Positions 45,034-55,384 are shown, counted from the first letter of the stretch. The stretch: 64,000 bases of DNA from an uncultured delta proteobacterium (GCA_963778655.1 CAVZVA010000009.1:1344001-1408000); one strand, 5' to 3'. Notes: generated from the letters alone by a model not told the origin. Numbers and translations are program-made.

Positions 45034-45318
45034 TCAGAAGCCGACCGAGCCGCCCGGGCTGCGACGGTCCTTGCGCCGTGCGTCCAGCAGCGCGTGCACT
45101 ACCGCGTACTCGAGGTAGAAGGTCCCGCGGTCGCGCGCTTCGACTTCGAGATGGGCGTCCGCCAGCACCAGCGAGAGCACGTGGTCGATCGCGACGGCCC
45201 GACCCGGTTGTCCGAGATAGAGCGTCAGGTCGTGCTCCTCTTTGACCCGGTAGCGGTCGCCGTCGAGGCGCACCGCATCGGTGCGCTGCAAGATGGTCAC
45301 CAGGGTTTCGCGCGACAT
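45034..45318 (-). CDS. Small hypothetical protein
   Basis: MSRETLVTILQRTD...SVGF, 94 aa, normal codon usage. Confidence 0.65.
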   Translation of the reverse strand: MSRETLVTILQRTDAVRLDGDRYRVKEEHDLTLYLGQPGRAVAIDHVLSLVLADAHLEVEARDRGTFYLEYAVVHALLDARRKDRRSPGGSVGF

Positions 45319-45499
45319 GGCGGCGATGGTGGTCCGGGTAGGTGGTGGCGTCAAGCTGGAGATGGCAAGGCGTGAGGGGGAACACGGGTGGTCGCGAAAA
45401 GCGCGACGCCGGCAGGCTCCCGCGCGGCGCGGCCATGGAGCCGCGTCGATTTCGCAGGCATACTCGGGTCGAGCAGCAGTGACGTGCTGCGGGGGACCG

Positions 45500-46624
45500 A
45501 TGGCACCCAAATCCGACGCGAGCAACGCGGACCGCGATGCGCGCATGCGCGCCCTGGTGGATCAGCTGCCCGCGGTAGTCTGGAGCACCGACGACGAGCT
45601 GCGCTTCACCTCGTCGCGTGGCGGCGGCCTGGCTACCCTGGGATTGCAGCCGGACCAGGTGGTCGGCATCACGCTGTACGAGTACTTTCAAACACGCGAT
45701 GACGAGTTCGCGCCGATCAAGGCCCACCACCGCGCGCTGGCCGGCGAGTCGGTCAGCTACGAGGTGGAGTGGGCGGGGCGGCATTTCGAGACCTATACCG
45801 AGCCCTTTCGCGACGAGCGGGGCCGCCTCACCGGCACGCTCAGCATCGCGCTCGACGTGACCGAGCGAAAGCAGGCCGAGACGGCGCGGCGCGGTCTCGA
45901 GCTGAAGTTGCGCGAGCAGCACCGGCTCGAGGCCGTGGGTCAGCTCGCGGCCGGCCTGGCGCACGAGATCAACAACCCGCTGCAGAGCATCATGAACTTC
46001 GCGCAGTTGATCCGCTCGCGCGGGCAGATCGACCTGGTGCGCGAGTATGCCGAGGAGATCGTGAACGAGGTGCACGGGCTTGCGGCGATCGTACGCAACC
46101 TGCAGCGCCTGGTGCACGAGGATGGCGAGCTGCCGTCCGAGGTGCGCCTGCAGGACGTGGTCGAGGGCACCGTCTCGCTGTTTCGTGCCGCGCTGCGCAA
46201 GGAGCGCATCGACCTCCAGGTCGACGTGCCCGAGGATCTGCCGGCGGTCTGGTGCCGCGCGCGCAGCGTACAGCAGGCCCTGATCAACCTCGTGACCTCC
46301 GCCCGCGATGCGCTCAACCACCGCTACCCGCGCGGCGATGCGGACAAGCGCATGCGCATCCTCGCGCGGCCGAGCACGGCGCTCGGGCACGCCTCGCTGC
46401 GGCTCACGGTCGAGGATCGCGGTACGCCGATTCCGGAATCGACGATCGCGCGCCTGTTCGAGCCGTTCACCCTGGTGGCGGGGCGCGAGCAAGGCTCGGG
46501 GCTCGGGCTTTCGATCAGCCGCGCGATCGTGCGCGAGAACGGCGGCGAGCTGAGCGTCGAGGTGCAGGGCGAGTCGGGACAGACCACCTTTCACCTGGAC
46601 CTGCCGCTGTCCGCCGAGCAGTGA
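45500..46624 (+). CDS. Soluble PAS-domain histidine kinase
   Basis: PAS domain, H-box LAHEINNPL, GSGLGLSIS; the N box reads INLVTSARDA. Confidence 0.88.
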   Translation: MAPKSDASNADRDARMRALVDQLPAVVWSTDDELRFTSSRGGGLATLGLQPDQVVGITLYEYFQTRDDEFAPIKAHHRALAGESVSYEVEWAGRHFETYTEPFRDERGRLTGTLSIALDVTERKQAETARRGLELKLREQHRLEAVGQLAAGLAHEINNPLQSIMNFAQLIRSRGQIDLVREYAEEIVNEVHGLAAIVRNLQRLVHEDGELPSEVRLQDVVEGTVSLFRAALRKERIDLQVDVPEDLPAVWCRARSVQQALINLVTSARDALNHRYPRGDADKRMRILARPSTALGHASLRLTVEDRGTPIPESTIARLFEPFTLVAGREQGSGLGLSISRAIVRENGGELSVEVQGESGQTTFHLDLPLSAEQ

Positions 46625-48090
46625 GTCGCGCGGCGCAGCGCACAACGGGGGCAGTCTGCGCGGGTGTGCGCACGCTTGCGCAACGGCCGGCAGCGCAAGG
46701 TACAAAGCTTCGGGCCCCCGCGAGCCGTGGTACGATCTCGGCTCGCGCCGGAGGTTCCACTCTGTACGACCGGGAGTCTCGATCGGGTGGCGAGGAGCCC
46801 GAAGACAAGCAGCCGGAGCTCTTCGACCTCCATGTGATGATGTTCACGGATCGCTCGAGTGCCACGGCGTCCGCGTTGCAGCAGGCGTTCGCCATCGAGC
46901 ACGAGGTCGCGCTGCGCTTGTTGTCGCAAGCGCCGGTCGTGGTCAAGCGCGCCGCGTCGCCAGATGTCGCGGCGGTGCTGCTGGACGCGTTGCAGAGCCT
47001 CGGCGCGCAGGTGGTCCTGCTGCCGTCCGCGGCGCAGGGCGCGCCCGCCGCGGTGGACGCCGGCGGCGCGCGCGAGACGCCGAAGTGGGGCGCGCTCGAC
47101 CTGGAGCCCGCTCCCGCTCGTGCAGCGGGCGCGCGCGAGCCCGAGCCGCGCGCCGCCTCGATTCCGATCGCCGCGACAGGCGGCTGGCAGGAAGGCCTGG
47201 AGCTCGACCTCGGGTCCGATGCGGATGCGGCGGCTTCGTCCGCTCCGATCCAGCTGGACCGCCGCGAGAGCTGGGCCGATCGGGTGCTCGCGCCGAGCGA
47301 GCCGCCCGAGGAGCTCGAGTGGGAAGGGATGGAGGTCCCGGCGCTGGACGACGCGCCGTCGCAGCTACCGGGGCTGCAGGCGAGCTCGGGCGCAGATGCC
47401 GGCCCGGCGACGGCGCGCGCGCTGTTCGTGCCGCGCTCGCTCGCGCCCGAGCCGGCGATCGGAATGCGTCGCGTGGCGCCGGCCGAGATGGGCGATGACC
47501 TCGGCCTCGGCTCGGTGCCGCCGCTGCCCGAGGTCGGGGTCGCGCTGGGCCCGGCGACGGCGCGCGCGCGGCCCCCGGTGCCCGCGGCACCGCCTGCGCG
47601 CAGCCCTCCCGCGCGGGCCCCGCTCCGGGTCGCACCGCTGCCCGCGCCCGCGTCGCGCGCGGTGGCCGCGCCCCGGCCCAAGGCCGCCCCGCCCGCACGC
47701 GGCCCGGCGCCGCGCGTCGCGGATCGCACCAGTGGCGGGTTGCGCCTGCCCGAGATCGCGCCGCTGGGCGGCGCCTCGCCCTCCGGCCGCGGCGGAGCGG
47801 GCGAAGCGACGAGGGCGTCCGCGTTCCGGCCCGCCGAGGAGGCTGCGGCCATACACGCGGAGGCGCCGAGCTCGCTCTCCGCCCAGAGCGCGCCCGCGCC
47901 GTCGCAGGCGCCCCGGGCAAGCTCGCGCAGCCTGGCCATGCTCGAGCTGCTGGCCGGAGGCGCGCTGCTGTATCTGGGCGTGCGCATGGACAACTCGGTG
48001 CTGTACGGCAACGCGACCCATCTGTCGCTGCTGCTGCACGGCTTCGCGTTCTACGGGGTGGGGGCGGGGATTGCGGGGCTGTGGCGGTGA
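46621..48090 (+). CDS. Hypothetical protein with Pro/Ala-rich linker and two C-terminal TM helices
   Basis: APVVVKR...LQSLGAQV (L7/L12 CTD-like) near the N-terminus; start uncertain. Confidence 0.55.
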   Translation: MSRAAQRTTGAVCAGVRTLAQRPAAQGTKLRAPASRGTISARAGGSTLYDRESRSGGEEPEDKQPELFDLHVMMFTDRSSATASALQQAFAIEHEVALRLLSQAPVVVKRAASPDVAAVLLDALQSLGAQVVLLPSAAQGAPAAVDAGGARETPKWGALDLEPAPARAAGAREPEPRAASIPIAATGGWQEGLELDLGSDADAAASSAPIQLDRRESWADRVLAPSEPPEELEWEGMEVPALDDAPSQLPGLQASSGADAGPATARALFVPRSLAPEPAIGMRRVAPAEMGDDLGLGSVPPLPEVGVALGPATARARPPVPAAPPARSPPARAPLRVAPLPAPASRAVAAPRPKAAPPARGPAPRVADRTSGGLRLPEIAPLGGASPSGRGGAGEATRASAFRPAEEAAAIHAEAPSSLSAQSAPAPSQAPRASSRSLAMLELLAGGALLYLGVRMDNSVLYGNATHLSLLLHGFAFYGVGAGIAGLWR

Positions 48091-48680
48091 ATCGCTGGCA
48101 GCCCCTATGGCTGCTGTTGTGCTTCGGTCTCGCGGTGGCTGTGAACCACCTGATGCGGCCGCGCGTGCCCTATACGCTGAGCCCCGGCGAGCGAACCATG
48201 GCCACCGGCACGCTCTGGCTCGACGACCACGGGCAGCGGCGGCGGGTCGAGCTGACCACCGTGCACGTGGTCGCCGTCGATCTGCGACGGCCCTTTGCCG
48301 ACGCACTGGAGGTGCGCGAGCTGTGGTTGCGCAGCCCGGAGCAGGACGACCAGGTCGAGCCCGACTTCGAGCTCTTCGTCGACTTCGCCAAGAGCGAGCC
48401 CGACGGCGGCTGGCGCGAGCGCGGGCCCAAGGCGCTCGCAGGCAGCGATCTGCCGATCCTGACGGCCGCCGTCGGCAGCACGACGCGCTCGCGGATTCGG
48501 TTCGCGGGCGCGGAGCAGCCCAGCCTGGTGGACGCGGGCAGCCTGCGCATCCGCGAAGCGCTTCCCGTCGAAGCCGCGTCCATGTTTCGGATCGAGGGCG
48601 AGCTCGAGCTGGAGGTCCACGAACAGGGCGCCTCGCGCAGCGTGCACGGCTCCTTCAACGCACGCCTGCTCTGGGACTGA
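48087..48680 (+). CDS. Hypothetical membrane-anchored protein
   Basis: N-terminal TM; GTGA overlap with the upstream gene. Confidence 0.65.
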   Translation: MNRWQPLWLLLCFGLAVAVNHLMRPRVPYTLSPGERTMATGTLWLDDHGQRRRVELTTVHVVAVDLRRPFADALEVRELWLRSPEQDDQVEPDFELFVDFAKSEPDGGWRERGPKALAGSDLPILTAAVGSTTRSRIRFAGAEQPSLVDAGSLRIREALPVEAASMFRIEGELELEVHEQGASRSVHGSFNARLLWD

Positions 48681-48873
48681 TCGGAGCTCTCTGAGCGCGC
48701 GCACCCGAAGCTTGCGCTTTGCTACCCGCGGTTAGCGCATCGAAGCGCCGGTTTCCGCTCAGGGGCGTTCAGGAGCGAGCGCGCCCGGAGAACCGGACCG
48801 AGGCGTACTCTTGTACGCCGCAGGCCCGGGCCGAGGACGAAAGCCGCTCTTGGGCGCTCCTGAGCGGAAACCG

Positions 48874-49734
48874 CTAGGGCCAGCGCAGGCTCCAGAGCGT
48901 GGCCACCAGCCAGCCGGCGCCGGCGAGCAGCAGCGTGGGCGTGTGCAACACGGTGTCCACCGGCGAGCCGCCCGCGCGCTTGACGTGAGCCAGGCGCAGG
49001 TAGTCGAGCACGCCGAACACCACGAAGGGCAGGGCCGCGAACTTGCGACTGGGCAGCAGCACTGCGGCCTCCATCGAGTAGAGGGCGTAACCGATGATCG
49101 CCATGCCGGCGGCGATTCCGATCGCCTGATCGAGGAAGCTCTCGCTGTAGCCCTGCAACGCGGGGCGGTGCTCGGTTCCCGTGCCCTTGACCAGATCGGC
49201 GCGGCGCTTGGCCAGCGCGATGAACAGCGCCAGTGCATAGGACAACAGCAGCAACCAGTTCGAGGCGGCGACGTGGAGCAGCGCGCAGCCCAGCAGCACG
49301 CGCAGCACGTACAGTCCGGCGAGCAGGAACACGTCGAGCAGCGCCACGTGCTTGGCGCCCAAGCTGTAGGCCACGTTGACCGCCAGGTACAACGCGAACA
49401 GCAGCAGCGCCGCGTGGCTCGCGCTGGCCAGCGCCAGGCCCGCCCCCACCGCGGCCAGCGCGAGCGACCACAGGTACGCGGTGCGCTTGGAGATGCGGCC
49501 GGCGGCGATCGGGCGATTGCGCTTGTCGGCGTGCATCCGGTCGCGCTCGGCGTCCTGCGCGTCGTTGAAACCGTAGACCGCAGAGCTCGCCAGGCAGAAC
49601 GACAAGAGGCCGAGGGCGAAGGTGAGCGGGTGCAGGCGGGCGCCGCTCGCCAGCGCGAACGGCACTGGCAAGAAGACGAAGACGTTCTTGATCCAGTGCG
49701 TGGGCCTCGAGAGCCGGATCAAATCTCGGAGCAT
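48874..49734 (-). CDS. UbiA family prenyltransferase, decaprenyl-phosphate phosphoribosyltransferase-like
   Basis: RPTHWIKNVFVF, YGFNDAQDAERDRMHADKRNRPIAAG, YSLGAKH, ALAKRRADL. Confidence 0.88.
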   Translation of the reverse strand: MLRDLIRLSRPTHWIKNVFVFLPVPFALASGARLHPLTFALGLLSFCLASSAVYGFNDAQDAERDRMHADKRNRPIAAGRISKRTAYLWSLALAAVGAGLALASASHAALLLFALYLAVNVAYSLGAKHVALLDVFLLAGLYVLRVLLGCALLHVAASNWLLLLSYALALFIALAKRRADLVKGTGTEHRPALQGYSESFLDQAIGIAAGMAIIGYALYSMEAAVLLPSRKFAALPFVVFGVLDYLRLAHVKRAGGSPVDTVLHTPTLLLAGAGWLVATLWSLRWP

Positions 49735-49985
49735 GTCGTGCAACCAGAGAGAGCCAGGGCGCGAATCAAGACGCTTGCGAGGAGCGCGAAGCGTCCGCAT
49801 CGCGCCGCAGGTCGCGAGCCGCCGCGCTCCCCCCGCCGCGCGCGCCCCGGCCGTGTCTCGCAAACGGCGCCGGCTGCGCGCCGATCCGCATCCCGTCACT
49901 CACGTCCGTTGATGTAGCATGGCGGGGGCAAGGCGCGCAGCAAATCTACGCCCCCCAGCCTCACCAGGGATACGCTCCAGACGCC

Positions 49986-51971
49986 ATGGCAGAGCCGCAG
50001 CCAGGAGCGATCGCGCGCGCGCCCGGGCTGCCGATCTACCTCGCCGCCGCGCTCGTGCTGGGATGGCTCGCCGCCGCGGACGTCGGCTTTCGAGACTCGG
50101 GCGAGCTGGGAACCGCCGCCTTCGGTCTGGGCGTCGCCCATCCCACCGGCTTCGGCGTCGACCTGCTGATCTTGCGGGCATTCTCCTATCTGCCGCTGGG
50201 ACACATCGCTTTTCGGCAGAACCTGGCGGTGGCGCTGGAGGCGGCGGGCGCCCTGACGCTGCTCGCCTTGCTGTGCGACCGGCTCGCGCTGCGTCTGGGC
50301 GTGCACACACCCTCCGCGCGCTGGGGCGGCGCGCTGCTCGCGTGCTGTGGGCTTGCGTGCTTTCGCACCTTCTTCGAGACCGCGACCTCGGTCGAGGTCT
50401 ACTCCCTGGCGTTGCTCGCGGCGTTGCTCGCGGTCTACGGCGCGGTGGCCGGCGGGCGCGCGCGCGGACTGTGCTGCGTCGTGCTGGGGCTCGCGCCCGG
50501 CTTGCACGTCACCGCCGGTCTGTTCGCGGCGCTGGTGTTGCTCGGCCTGCTCGTTCGCCTCGGTCCGTCTTCGGGCCTGCGCTTCGTGCGCGCGCGCCTG
50601 CTACTGGTCGTCGCCGGCGCGCTCGTCATCGCCTATCTCCCGCTGGCGTCGCTGCGCAATCCCGCGCTCGACTGGGGCGATCCGGATACGTTCGGCCGCG
50701 TGCTCGCGCACCTCACCGCGGCGCGCATCCGCAGCGCCTATCACGGCGAAATGTTGAGCTCCGATCCCAATGCGTCGCTGGGCGTGCTCTCGCAGCTGTT
50801 CGAGCTGTGGCCGCTGCTGCCCGTTGCGCTGCTGGCGTTGCTGCTCGGCTGGTCGCGCAGCCCGCGCGCGCTGCTCTTGCCCTTGGCGTTGCTCACCGCG
50901 GATCTGGCGTACGCGGTGTGGATCAACCCGATGGGCGCCGCCGACCGCCAGGTCGGCCACATGGCGGGCGCCGCGCTGGCGCTGCTCGCGGGTCTGGGTG
51001 CCGCGCTGCTGCAGGCGGCGGCGCGGCGCGCGCGCTCGCGCGCGCTGTACGCGCTCGCGCTCGGCGCGGTGCTGGGGTTGCTGCTGTGGCGCTTCCCGCG
51101 CAGCGAGCTGGCCGACCGCTACGCTGCTGCGGAGCTGCTCGGCAGCGGCGGCCCGCTCTGCGCGCTGCCGCCGCGCACGGTGCTGTTGTGCTCGAGCGAC
51201 GACGGCTGCGCGGGTGGCCTGTTCGCGCTCTACGTGGAAGCGGTGCGACCCGATGTCGACGTCGCGCCCGCGCAGCACCTGTGGGACGCCACCGTGCTGC
51301 GCCGGCTGCGCGGCCTGCAGCTGCCGCCGCAGAGCACGGGCGAGCTGTCGCCCGCGCAACGCGCGGCGGCTGCCAGCGACGTGTTGCGCTTTCTGGTCTC
51401 GCATCGCGCGCGGCGCCCGCTGCGGCTCGAATCGACCGCGCCGCTGCGCTGGTCGCGGCTGCGCGTGGTTACGCGCGCGGCCGACCCGCCTCCGTACCTG
51501 CGCGTGGGCACGGGCACGCAGTGGCCGGCGTTGAGCCCGCCGATCCTGGCGCAGCTGGACGCCCTGCGCGCCGCGCGCCTGCCCGGCGGTTTGGCGCGCG
51601 CCGAGCGCGCGCGCGAGGCGTGGTCGCGGGCCTACGGCGCGCTCGGAGAGCAGGCGCTTGGCAGCGCGAGCGCGGTGCGCGCGCTGCGCACCGCGGCGCA
51701 GCTCGCGCCCGAGCGCGCGGTGGCCTGGACCAACCTGGGCGTCGCGCTGGAGGCGGTGGGCGACGCAGACGGCGCGATTGCATGCGCGCGACGTGCGATC
51801 GCGCTCGCGCCCCGGCGCGCGACCGGCTGGCTGAACCTCGCGCGCCTGACCCTCGCGCGCCAGGGCCCAGAGGCGGCGCGGCGCGTGCTGCAGCTCGCCG
51901 CGAGCGCTGGCGTACACGACAGGCGGCTGTCACGCCTGCAGAGCCAGCTCGACCGGGCGGGCGTGCGCTGA
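49986..51971 (+). CDS. DUF2723/TMEM260-like membrane glycosyltransferase with TPR
   Basis: DSGELGTAAFGLGVAHPTG, EVYSL, YLPL...NPALDWGDP; C-terminal TPR. Confidence 0.82.
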   Translation: MAEPQPGAIARAPGLPIYLAAALVLGWLAAADVGFRDSGELGTAAFGLGVAHPTGFGVDLLILRAFSYLPLGHIAFRQNLAVALEAAGALTLLALLCDRLALRLGVHTPSARWGGALLACCGLACFRTFFETATSVEVYSLALLAALLAVYGAVAGGRARGLCCVVLGLAPGLHVTAGLFAALVLLGLLVRLGPSSGLRFVRARLLLVVAGALVIAYLPLASLRNPALDWGDPDTFGRVLAHLTAARIRSAYHGEMLSSDPNASLGVLSQLFELWPLLPVALLALLLGWSRSPRALLLPLALLTADLAYAVWINPMGAADRQVGHMAGAALALLAGLGAALLQAAARRARSRALYALALGAVLGLLLWRFPRSELADRYAAAELLGSGGPLCALPPRTVLLCSSDDGCAGGLFALYVEAVRPDVDVAPAQHLWDATVLRRLRGLQLPPQSTGELSPAQRAAAASDVLRFLVSHRARRPLRLESTAPLRWSRLRVVTRAADPPPYLRVGTGTQWPALSPPILAQLDALRAARLPGGLARAERAREAWSRAYGALGEQALGSASAVRALRTAAQLAPERAVAWTNLGVALEAVGDADGAIACARRAIALAPRRATGWLNLARLTLARQGPEAARRVLQLAASAGVHDRRLSRLQSQLDRAGVR

Positions 51972-51984
51972 GTCGCGCTCGCTC

Positions 51985-53736
51985 TCATGGCAGCTCGAAC
52001 GGCAGCTCGGCGCGCGCCTGCTCGGCCTGCTGCCGCAGCGCGGGGCTCAGCCCCTCGTGGCTGAGGTGCCGCAGGTAGCACAGCGCCAGGCCCGGTCTGC
52101 GCTCGGCCAGCTGCACGCGCGCGGCGTGCTGCAACGCGTCGTCGGGAAAGGGCTGCAGCAGCAGCGAGCGATCCAGCGGCAGCTCGGGCAGACGCAGGTA
52201 GCCCACTTGCAGCAAGCGCGCGGCCAGCGCGCGCAGCGCGCCGGCGTCGTCGAGCGTATCGTAGTATTCCTTCGCGTACGCTTCCGCGCGCGAGGGTGCG
52301 AGCGCGCGCAGCTGCTCGTCGCGCAGCGCCACCGCCTCGAACAGCGCGGCGTGGCCCATCTTGGCCCCCGGGTCGACCCGCAGCAGCGTGCGGTACGCGC
52401 GGATCGCGCCGTACAGATCATGCGCCGCGCGCCGCACCTCGCCCAGCTTCATCCAGGCATAGTACGCGTCGGGCTGCGTGCTGGCGGCGTGACCCCACAG
52501 CCGGGTCTCGCTGCGCCACGCGCCCTGGTACTGCACGCAGCGCAGGGCCAGCGCGAGCACCAGCGCCGCGCCCAGCGGCAGGGCCGCGCGCGGTGCCACG
52601 CGCTCGAGCGCGTCCAGGGCAGCGCCCAGCCCGAAGCCGAGCGCCAGCAGCGGCAGCGAGAGGTAGCGATCCTGGTAGGGGAAGTACATCGGCACCGCGT
52701 TGCTGACCGGCGAAAGCAGCAGCGCGAACGCGCCCAGCGCGAACAGCGCTCGGCCCGCACGCAGCCGCCAGGCCGCGAACGCCGCCAGCACGAGCGCCGC
52801 ACACAAGGCGAAGGCCCAAGGCGCGGGCTCGAGCACCGCGCGGGTCGAGTACATGGGAGAGGTTGCGCTCGGCCAGAGCGCGGTCGCGAGCTGGTGAGCG
52901 CTGGTCGCGACCACGCGCGCAAGTGGCCCGGCGCCCGCGTGCTGCCGCAACATGTGCTGCTCGCCCCACAGCCTGACCACGAACACCCCCGCGCCCGCTC
53001 CGAGCGCAAGGCTCGGCAGCTGGTGCAGCGCGGCCTCGCGCGGCGGTCGCCGCCGCAGCGCCACGTCCGCCAGCCACAATACCGCGGGCAGCGGCAGGGT
53101 CGTGGTCTTGGCCAGCGCCGCAAGCACGTAGGCGCCGCGCGCCAGCCAGGCGTCGCGATCGAGCCAGTGCCGGGCGCGCAGGTGCAACAGCATGCACGCG
53201 CACGCGAGCAGCAGCGCGAGCACGTCCTTGCGTCCTGTGGCCCAGCTCACCGCCTCGACCTGCACCGGGTGCAGCACGCAGGCCGCGCTGCCGAGCGCGG
53301 CGCTCGCGGGCGAAAGTCCCAGCGCGAGCATCACCCGCAGCAACAGGTTCGCCGCGATCACCCACAACACCAGACTGACCGCGTGCAGCACCGGCGCGCT
53401 GGCGCCCGACCACGGCACGTCGAGCCAGTAGCTCAGCAGGTGCAGCGGATGGTAGGCCTCGAAGCGCACGCCGCCGAAGATCGCGCCGAGCGCGTGCCAC
53501 GAGGGGGCGCGCACGTCCGGGTTGTCGACGATGAAGCGGCCGTCGTCCCAGCGCAGCTGCAACGGATAGGGCACGGCCCGCGCGAACGTTGCCAGCGTGG
53601 CCAGCGACAGCAGCAGGTGGGCGCGCAGGCCGTGCGGCACGGCGGAGGGTAGGGCAGCGGGTTCGGGCGTGGGGGCGGAGAGCGAGGGGGCGCGTGGGAT
53701 CGACCGCGCCCGTCGGCGCTGTGCGCGCGCAGCCAT
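51985..53736 (-). CDS. TMTC-like membrane protein glycosyltransferase with TPR
   Basis: WDDGRFIVDNP, YHPLHLLSYWLD, HPVQVEAVSWATGRKDVL, DRYLSLP, WRSETRLW. Confidence 0.82.
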   Translation of the reverse strand: MAARAQRRRARSIPRAPSLSAPTPEPAALPSAVPHGLRAHLLLSLATLATFARAVPYPLQLRWDDGRFIVDNPDVRAPSWHALGAIFGGVRFEAYHPLHLLSYWLDVPWSGASAPVLHAVSLVLWVIAANLLLRVMLALGLSPASAALGSAACVLHPVQVEAVSWATGRKDVLALLLACACMLLHLRARHWLDRDAWLARGAYVLAALAKTTTLPLPAVLWLADVALRRRPPREAALHQLPSLALGAGAGVFVVRLWGEQHMLRQHAGAGPLARVVATSAHQLATALWPSATSPMYSTRAVLEPAPWAFALCAALVLAAFAAWRLRAGRALFALGAFALLLSPVSNAVPMYFPYQDRYLSLPLLALGFGLGAALDALERVAPRAALPLGAALVLALALRCVQYQGAWRSETRLWGHAASTQPDAYYAWMKLGEVRRAAHDLYGAIRAYRTLLRVDPGAKMGHAALFEAVALRDEQLRALAPSRAEAYAKEYYDTLDDAGALRALAARLLQVGYLRLPELPLDRSLLLQPFPDDALQHAARVQLAERRPGLALCYLRHLSHEGLSPALRQQAEQARAELPFELP

Positions 53737-53826
53737 GCGCCCGCACGATCCCGCGCCCGGCGCGTGCTGTAAAGCGCGGCGTCGGCCGGCGGGAGCAGCA
53801 TCCAGACGCGCGAACGTCGATGCCGA

Positions 53827-53887
53827 GAAATCAACAGGAAGGCGGGAAGGCAAGAGGAAGCGAATCGCTCTCCGCTTCCCGTGAATC
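53827..53887. repeat. Intergenic repeat family, copy 6
   Basis: gaaatcaacaggaaggcgggaagg...cgcttcccgtgaatc. Confidence 0.7.
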
Positions 53888-53931
53888 TCATTCGTCTGAG
53901 ACCCGACCCAGCGCCGCGGCGAGCGAGTCGC

Positions 53932-54468
53932 TCACAGCGGGAGCTGGGTCTTGGCGTAGTCGATGAAGTCCTTCAGGTCGCGGCGCAGGCGCTGCTCCAC
54001 GTCGTTTTCGTCGGGCGCACCGTCCAGGGCCGCGCGCGCGTTCGCGCTGTAGCGGTAGCTCTCGTGGTCCAGCACCAGGACCAGCGCGCGCGGGTGGCCT
54101 GCGTGTGGATCGGCGGCGGCCAGCACCCGCAGCTGGCCGCCCGGGTCGGGGCGCGGCAGCAGATCGCCGTAGCGCGCCCGATCCCGCTCGCTGATCCACT
54201 CTACGCCGACCTCGCTGTCGCCCACGCGCAGGTCGACCGGCAGGGGGCTGTGCTCCGCCGGCAAGCGCACCTGCCAGCCGCGGGTGGGCTCGAGCCGGGC
54301 CTCGAGTAGCAGCTCGTCTATGAGCGCCAGGGCCCGCGTCTCGTCGAGCGAGCGCTCGCGAATCGCGCGGGCGTGCGGGGCGGCCGCGTGGGGAATGCGC
54401 GTGCCGGCGCATGCGGTCAAGAGCAGCGCTCCCAGCAACGGGAGCACCCGAAACAACCAGCTGAGCAT
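53932..54468 (-). CDS. Hypothetical lipoprotein
   Basis: Lipobox LTAC. Confidence 0.7.
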   Translation of the reverse strand: MLSWLFRVLPLLGALLLTACAGTRIPHAAAPHARAIRERSLDETRALALIDELLLEARLEPTRGWQVRLPAEHSPLPVDLRVGDSEVGVEWISERDRARYGDLLPRPDPGGQLRVLAAADPHAGHPRALVLVLDHESYRYSANARAALDGAPDENDVEQRLRRDLKDFIDYAKTQLPL

Positions 54469-54474
54469 CGATTT

Positions 54475-55059
54475 CTACTGCAAGGTCAAGGGGTAATGCA
54501 CGAGCATGTCCGGCCCGTTGAAGGTCCGGAAGTGAATGCCTTGGGCCGCCTTGCGCAGGCAGCCGCCGGCCTCGCTCTTAGTGATAGCGCTGGGGCCTGA
54601 AAGATTCACGCGGGTCACGCCGCCGTGCCCCGTGATCCGCAGGCCGAACACGATCTTGCCGCTGAGCGGCTCGTCGCCGGCCGCCAGGATCAGGCAGCGC
54701 TTGACCTGCGGGAACACGCTGTCGAAGCCCTGCTCGATCTCGTGGCCCGTCAGCTGTTGCTCGCCGCCGGCCGCGTTCAGGTCGAGGTTGTGCGCCTCGG
54801 GACCCCCCAGATCGTCCCCGGTGGTGGCCTCGCCGCTGTAGCGGCGCTGCGAACGTGACGCGTGATGGCCGCGCGAACCGCGTCGCTTGCGGTGCGAGCC
54901 GGCTTTGGCGGGCTCGTCGGCTCGCTCCAGGCCGGCGTCCGGCTCCTCGCGGCGGGCGCTCGGTTCAAGATTGATATTCAGCAGGCCGTGCGAGTAGGCG
55001 AGCAGGAAGCCACCCCAGAGCAGCGATGCAGCCACAAATCCTGCTAGAAATCGCAACAC
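54475..55059 (-). CDS. Membrane-anchored protein with AgmX/PglI-like C-terminal domain
   Basis: N-terminal TM; VKRC...GKIVFGLRITGHGGV...CLRKAAQGIHF...VHYPL. Confidence 0.7.
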   Translation of the reverse strand: MLRFLAGFVAASLLWGGFLLAYSHGLLNINLEPSARREEPDAGLERADEPAKAGSHRKRRGSRGHHASRSQRRYSGEATTGDDLGGPEAHNLDLNAAGGEQQLTGHEIEQGFDSVFPQVKRCLILAAGDEPLSGKIVFGLRITGHGGVTRVNLSGPSAITKSEAGGCLRKAAQGIHFRTFNGPDMLVHYPLTLQ

Positions 55060-55384
55060 GAGGCGCTTACACCGAGGATCGCTTCGAATGAGCCGACGTT
55101 CGCGAATGGATCCGCCGTGCGAGGGTGGATCAATTCAGGCGGTCCCCGGTGTATATCACGATGTGGAAAGCCTAGACCCTAGCGAGGCTGCGCCTCGGAC
55201 CCACCAGTGATGGTCTACTCGCGTCAAGACAGGGCCCCGCTAGCCTTCTATAACCGCAAGGGGCACGCGCCCCTCCCGCCCGTTGGGCAAAGCCCAACGA
55301 GCCCCACCCTCCCGCGGGGTCGCTTCGCTCCGGTGCTCAAACCTTGACTCATCTGTGCAGATCCGCTGGTCCTAGGCAATCCAG

